From the human T2T-CHM13v2.0 reference genome, Homo sapiens: a stretch of 64,000 bases of DNA. Below the pieces are notes generated by a model. It was not told the origin of the DNA. It saw nothing but the letters and a program-made list of their open reading frames with translations, and ran no database searches. Every line of letters begins with the position of its first letter. The stretch's first letter is position 1. Location: the NCBI RefSeq assembly GCF_009914755.1, contig NC_060927.1; one strand, given 5' to 3'. Made by a program: the position numbers and the translations under genes. Positions 56,311 to 64,000 of this stretch are shown here, piece after piece.

Positions 56311-57359
56311 CCCAGCATCCCAAGATCATAACTGCTGACACCTCATCATGTATCTTTTCAGATCTTTTCCACTGCACAGGCAGAAGGAAAATATTTTGAA
56401 TTATTAAGAGGTTATTTCCTTCTAACACATGTTACCTTGTATCTTTTGTGTTTTACACCCACCATTCGGGCCTTTTAAGGTACTGCCCATAAGGACAATA
56501 AAGAGTCTAGAAAAACAAAAGGCCAAATTCTTAGTTACTCATAAAATGACTTGAAAACCTATAGCATGGGCATAAGTTTGGAAGCCAAAGTACTTCTTAT
56601 TCACAAAAGCCAGGATTTTTTTTGACAGAAATTGTTTATCTCCAGATTTGCAACAGCCTGACTTGGTACAGAAAAGAGCAAACGTGGAAAACTTAGAGCA
56701 CAGCGTTTGTAAGATAAACCCCAGAATGAAAAAGAAAGAAAAAAAAGACAGAGAGAGAGATAAGAGTAGGAACGTCTGGAGAGGAAAGGCAGAATTAGAC
56801 AGATGAGACCACAGCTGACGCATTGCCTAGGTTCTGAAAAGGGGCTCGGAGCACTGCCCCACACCTGAGAGTGGGAGTGGACACTGGGCGTCCTAAGCAG
56901 GTTTAGCGAGAATACAAAAGCAGAAGGAACTTGAACCTTTCTTCCCAGGATGCAAGTTCATTAAAGTTGCTCCATGTCAAATCTGGTACACTGAAGGGCA
57001 AAATAGCCATTGATTGGGCAAGGCTGAAGGCATACTTTCAGATGTGGAAAAGCATCTAAAAATTTCTCATGGACCCCTACGATGGATACCAAACAAGCTG
57101 AGAATAAATTGTGACAAGGTAAATCAGGAGCGCATAGACATCTCAACTGGCAGCCAGGGCAGGACCACAGATATTAGCAGCAGATGCCAGTGCTTCATGG
57201 TGGGAACCAGGTAAGATAATGTGTAGAGGCCAGGGAAGAACAGGCAGCAGCACAGGCACCAGATGCTGCTTCTCTGGATTCTAGGATGATGCATCTGTCC
57301 ACCGAAGAGCTAAAATCACCCAGAGAAGGATTAGAAAATGGGAGGATTATGAACTGATC

Positions 57360-57666
<307 letters not shown>

Positions 57667-57971
57667 TGAACTGATCACTTTAAGTCAGGAAACGTCTGAA
57701 TTTACTTTAAGCTGCAAATTTGTTTTCTACAATCATCAGGAATGTGATATAGTAGCCTAAGATAAGTTCAATTTAAATTAATAAATAAAGCTATTTTTTG
57801 GACACCCAAGTGTGCATTCTGTGTATTTTAGCCCACTACCATGCATGCTTACATTGATAACATATATGCAATTTTTCCAATATGGAAGAATGGTGTACAT
57901 ACTCTTTTATAAATTTCTGTTCCCTCAAAATATTGTGAACATCTTTCTATGTTTACAAATAGTAATTTTAA

Positions 57972-58199
57972 TACAGATCGAGTATCTCTTATACCAAATG
58001 CCTGGGACCAAACATGTTTTGGATTTTTTTATTTTTTTTCAAATTTTGGAATATTTGCATTATACCTACCAGCTGAGCATCCCAAGTCCAAAAGCCTCCA
58101 ATGAGCATTTCCTTTCAGCATCATGTCAGTGCTCAGAATATTTAGGATTTTGGAGCATTTCAGGTTTTGGGTTTTCTGACTTGTGATGCTCAACCTGTA
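57972..58199. mobile_element. Tigger4a/MER46A-like (TcMar-Tigger)
   Basis: ta-cagatcgagtatc..ttttggaatatttgcattata..ccaatgagcatttccttt..gatgctcaacctg-ta with TA target sites. Confidence 0.85.
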
Positions 58200-58832
58200 G
58201 TGATTCTTCAACTTTCTTGAAACCCCTTTGAGAGTCTGATAAACATTATATTCTCAGAAAAAGGCACATATACACCCACAGAAAAATGTCTGTAGGTACT
58301 TGTTTAAGAACGCAAGTTTAAGAAGTGCTTGTCTGCAATGCAGTTTTCAATAATTGAATAGTATACAATATATGGCCACCCTATAATTTATTTCATCAAC
58401 CTCCTTTTGTGCACATTTAGACTGTTTCCAGTTTTTCCCCATTATAGGTAATCTCTATGATAAACTTCTAGAACTAGAATTGTTAATTATATTAGCATGT
58501 TTCCACTGTAGGTAACAGGATGCCCAAGTAACAGTAGTTTATATTTCTCACATAACAAAAGATTCAGAGGAAGCAGCCCAGTGCAGACTCAATAATACCA
58601 TTGAGAACTCATACTTTTGCTGTCTTTCTGCTCTGCTGTGCTTAGTTTTTTGTCTTGTCACCTCATAACTACAAAATAGCTGCTGCAGCACCATGTATCA
58701 CATCTTTTCTCAAGGCAGGATGAAGTGGGGAAAGACAATACTTTTTATCAAGAAAGCAGACTTTTGCATAAATCTCAATAGCCAGAACTAGGTCACGTCT
58801 TGAGGCAGCAAAAGTAAATATTTTTTTCGAGC

Positions 58833-59271
<439 letters not shown>

Positions 59272-59766
59272 TGAAAGGGCTTTAAAAACCAAAAAATTCT
59301 GTGCAAATGTGAGCTATATAATCTCCTGGAAATAATGCTGTGTTTTCTCAGCACATTGAATATGTAGTGTAACTGCTGATCCCCGGGCGACTGCCTTCCT
59401 AATTGACCACCTCTGTTCAGAGGTGGTTAAAACACTCTTTTTACAAAAACAGTTTCTCCATACCCAGTGACCAAATTGCTTGTTTAGACCCTGTTGTGAC
59501 ATTCCAGTCACCTCCTACAGGGTGTCAGGGAAACAACATTAAGCATGGGGTCCAAAGACCTGAGCTTATTTCTTAGCTCTGCCACCTGACCACAAGGAAG
59601 GCATTTATCTAGGCCTTGGATTCCTTACCTGTAGGATGTGAGTAATAACTTCTACTTTACAGCATTGCTGGAGGGACAAGATGAGATTATGGATGAGAAA
59701 GTGCCAGGAAGTGAAATATAGATGTTGGTGGTTGTTGTTGTTTAACAGTCATTCTAGTTTGTTGTT

Positions 59767-59769
<3 letters not shown>

Positions 59770-59804
<35 letters not shown>

Positions 59805-60089
59805 AGACAGGGTGTCACTCTTGCCTAGGCTGGAGTACAGTGGCACTATCACAGCTACAGCTCACCGCAGCCTCCAACTCCTGGGCTCAAGTGATACTCC
59901 CACCTCAGCCTCCCAAGTAGCTAAGACTACAGGTAAGCACAGCCACACTTGGCTGAATTCTAAATTTTTTGTAGAGACAGGGTCTTGCTATGTTGCCCAG
60001 CCTGGTCTGGAACACTTGGCCTCAAGCAATCCTCCTGCCTTAGCCTCCCAAAGTATTGAGATTATAGACATGAGTCACCACCCCTGGCC
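59770..60089 (-). mobile_element. AluJ with a long poly(T)
   Basis: Dimeric Alu with TSD cagtcattct. Confidence 0.9.
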
Positions 60090-60227
60090 AGCAGTCATTC
60101 TTGCTGGACGTTTTGGGACCTATTGAATCAAGGTCAGGACCTGTGATTTGCTGGTAAACTGATTCTCCAAGGAGGAAAATGTGCCTTGATCTGTGGCATT
60201 TCATGATATCCGTGGGATAAATATTCT

Positions 60228-60335
60228 GACCATGGCTGATATCCAGCTACCGACGGTTTAACAACCAGTCATGAAATTCCCAAATATTTAACACTTCATC
60301 TCGTTAGCTAATATAAGTCAGTTCTAACACACCCA
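60228..60335 (-). mobile_element. MER63-like (hAT-Blackjack) fragment
   Basis: ccatggctgatatccagctaccgacggtttaacaacc..gaaattcccaaatatttaaca. Confidence 0.6.
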
Positions 60336-60508
60336 GAGCACAAAATCAACCACCCTCTACTGAAGTGTCCTGAATCGGTTTATTGGCTCATCTAACCAAG
60401 ACATTCAGGACTAGTTCTGGCTTCATGCAAGCCTGAATCCAGGTGCTCACACAATGTAACCAGGAACTCAGGCACGTTTTCCCCTCAAGGTGGCAAAATG
60501 GCCAGTAG

Positions 60509-60862
<354 letters not shown>

Positions 60863-61109
60863 TTCATTCTTCATAGTCCCAGTAAAGTTCCTATGAATCA
60901 CTCAGATTGCCAGCTGCAGTCATGTGCTAATCACTGAACCAACCATGGTAAACCAGAGAATATGGTACAGGCAATGGCCGGATCTGAGCCATGTGCTCAT
61001 TCCTGGAGCTTGAGATGTGGCCCACCCATCCAAACTACATAAGCCAAGAATGAATGAGGCTGGTTCCCCAAAGGAAAAGTGTAATTCTATTACCAGAAGC
61101 AGCGAGGAT

Positions 61110-61564
61110 TGTGGCGGTTAATTTTATGCGTCAACTTGTCTGGGATAATGGATGCCCGGATATCTGGTAAGACATTATTTCTAGGTGTGTCTGTGAGGGT
61201 GTCAATGGAAGATATTATTTAAATTGGTAGACTGAGTAAGAAGATCACCCTCACCAATATGGGTGGGTGTCATCTAATCTAGTGAGGGCTTGGATAGAAC
61301 GAAAAGGCAGAGAAAGCGTGATTTTGCCCTCTCTCTCTCTCTCTGAGATAGCAATCTTCCCCAGCCTTTGGGCATCGGTGCTCCTGGTTCTTGGCTTTCA
61401 GACTCAGACCAGGGCTTCCACCATTGGATCCCCACTCTCAGGCCCTCAGGCTTGGACTGAATTACGCCACCAGCTTTGTTGGTTCTCCAGCTTGGAGACA
61501 GCAGTTCGTGGGACTTCTCAGCCTCCATAACTGCATGAACCAATTCCTATAATAAATCTCCTAT

Positions 61565-61611
<47 letters not shown>

Positions 61612-61668
61612 GACTATCATCTATCTATCCTATTGGTTCTGGTTCTGTGGAGTGCCCTGACTAATGCA
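61110..61668 (+). mobile_element. MLT2B-like (ERVL) LTR with an internal (CTAT)n microsatellite at ~61566-61630
   Basis: tgtggcggttaattttatgcgtcaacttg..ggtgtgtctgtgagggtgt..cctattggttctggttctgtggag..tgactaatgca. Confidence 0.9.
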
Positions 61669-62454
61669 GGGCAGATGTTCACTCCAACTCTGATGTGTTC
61701 CCATTGTCCTGGGGAGGTGTGTCTGTCATGAACAACAGGAGATCCAAATATAGCTCAAGCATCCCTCGGCTTCATCAGCAGGTGGTTCCCAAGGAGGTCA
61801 TGTTCACATTCATACACAGATTTTCTTCATTATGAAACACTGCTTTTCAAGATGGCCCCTGTGCTAATTCTGAAGGTCCCTCCAGGACACATCCACACAG
61901 CCTCGCAAATCAGTCTGGGCTACTGCTTCCAACAAAACTGCTCAACCCATGCCCTGGTGTTCAATGCTACGTTCCAGGGCCATGAGATGAAAAAGCCATA
62001 GGCCCTGCTTCCTGGAGCCCACAGTTGAGCTGGAAGATGAGACGGGTGGTAAATACTGTATATTAAACACTTACTATATACCAGGCATTTTACGGGTCTT
62101 TTCTCCTTTAAACTTTGCAATCACCTTTGGAGGTATGGATTATGACATGCACTTTACACATGACAGAACTGGTGGCTAAAAATACTGTCCAGGCTAGCGT
62201 GGCTGGGAAGTGGTAGACCCATGGTTCCATGATCAGCTCTTCTGATGTTCAGTCGAGGAGTCTAGTTCTCATCTCCCTCTCTACCTCCTGACCAGAGTCA
62301 AATCGAATTCAGTTTAGTACTAGTCCCAAGCCTAAAACAGTGCTCCCCTCACAAGAGGTGTTCCATTCAAGTCAATCGAGTCTAAGATTTAGTCTGTACC
62401 TGTTCCTCAGAGGGCCACTGGTCTCAAGGGGTCAAATTCATTCACCTAGACCAG

Positions 62455-63122
<668 letters not shown>

Positions 63123-63159
63123 GTCAGGAAGTTTTGGGAAGAAGAATGTCTTTTTGATT

Positions 63160-63555
63160 ATTTTTTCTTTTTTTATAGAGACTGGGTCTCCCTATGTTGC
63201 TTTGGCTGGTCTTGAACTTCTGGGCTCAAGTGATCCACCCGCCTTGGCCTTGGCCTCCCAAAGTGCTGGGATTACAGGAATGAGCCACCATGCCCGGCCT
63301 ATTGATTTTTTAGAAGTTGAGGTGTTTGAGGCCAGCCTGGGCAACATAGCAAGAACTTGCCTCTACAAACAATTAAAAAATTAGCTGGATGTGGTGGGGC
63401 ATGCCTGTGGCCCTAGCTGCTCTGAAGGCTGAGGCAGGAAGATGGCTTGAGCCTGGGAGGGTGAAGCTGCAGTGAGCCGAGGCCACACCACTGCACTCCA
63501 GCCTGTGTGACAGAGAGAGACTTTGTCTCATAAATAAATAAATAAATAAAATAAA
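63160..63555. mobile_element. Alu left monomer (minus, 63160-63299) and 5'-truncated AluJ (plus, 63318-63555)
   Basis: Alu sequence in both orientations; (taaa)n tail. Confidence 0.88.
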
Positions 63556-64000
63556 CAATTGAGTAGGTAACACACATACATTCAAAAGGCATAAAGCCTC
63601 CGTCCTGCCTATGCTCTACCCCCACTCAGAGTACCTCCTGCGACACAAGTGGTTACCAGTCTCTCATGTCTTCTTCCAGAAATATTTATTCTTTCTTTCT
63701 TCACAAACACACATGTATGCTTAAATTATTTTTTCTCACCCCATACACACAGTTCTGTACCTCGTGTTTTTGTTTAATAAAACATCCTGAAGATCCTGCA
63801 AGAATGACTTTAACGAAGCAGGTTTGGAAAGTTGGAGAAAGAAATACCCTGGTGAATCACCAACACGACTGAAAAATACAAGCAATGCATTAAGACAATA
63901 CAGCCAGCCTGCTCAGGTTTTTCAGCCTGCTGCATTCTGAGGAGCAGGGAGGAGAGGTGTCAGAAGGAGGTGGATGGGTACTGCCTAAATCTTTAGCAGG

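Overview
Primate (human-like) genomic DNA with no intact protein-coding gene and no prokaryotic features such as CRISPR, rRNA or operons. It has two domains. (1) Positions 1-~13.7 kb are GC-rich and Alu-free. They hold a decayed head-to-tail tandem array of four intronless MARK/AMPK-related (sperm-motility-kinase-like, MARK2P-type) kinase pseudogene copies: a tail-only copy (1-80), a full-length copy (181-2266) with a 9x87-nt repeat expansion in its tail, and two fused fragments (5983-6477, 6478-7387). Duplicated 3' spacers (2267-4984 vs 7388-9132) follow the copies, then an L2, an LTR8-type LTR and a solo LTR12 (ERV9). (2) Positions ~13.7-64 kb are an Alu-dense repeat landscape: about 33 Alu/FLAM elements, L1PA/L1M, L2, MIR, MaLR and ERVL relics, DNA transposons, a 7SL pseudogene, a ~1.9-kb AT-rich 22-nt minisatellite, and two L1 insertions with apparent 3' transductions. 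The kinase array is the most interesting system: Cys/polybasic C-terminus instead of KA1, a repeat-expanded tail, spacers more conserved than coding regions, and candidate testis promoter motifs. All repeat subfamily names and consensus comparisons are from memory and need Dfam/RepeatMasker confirmation; repeat boundaries are approximate.
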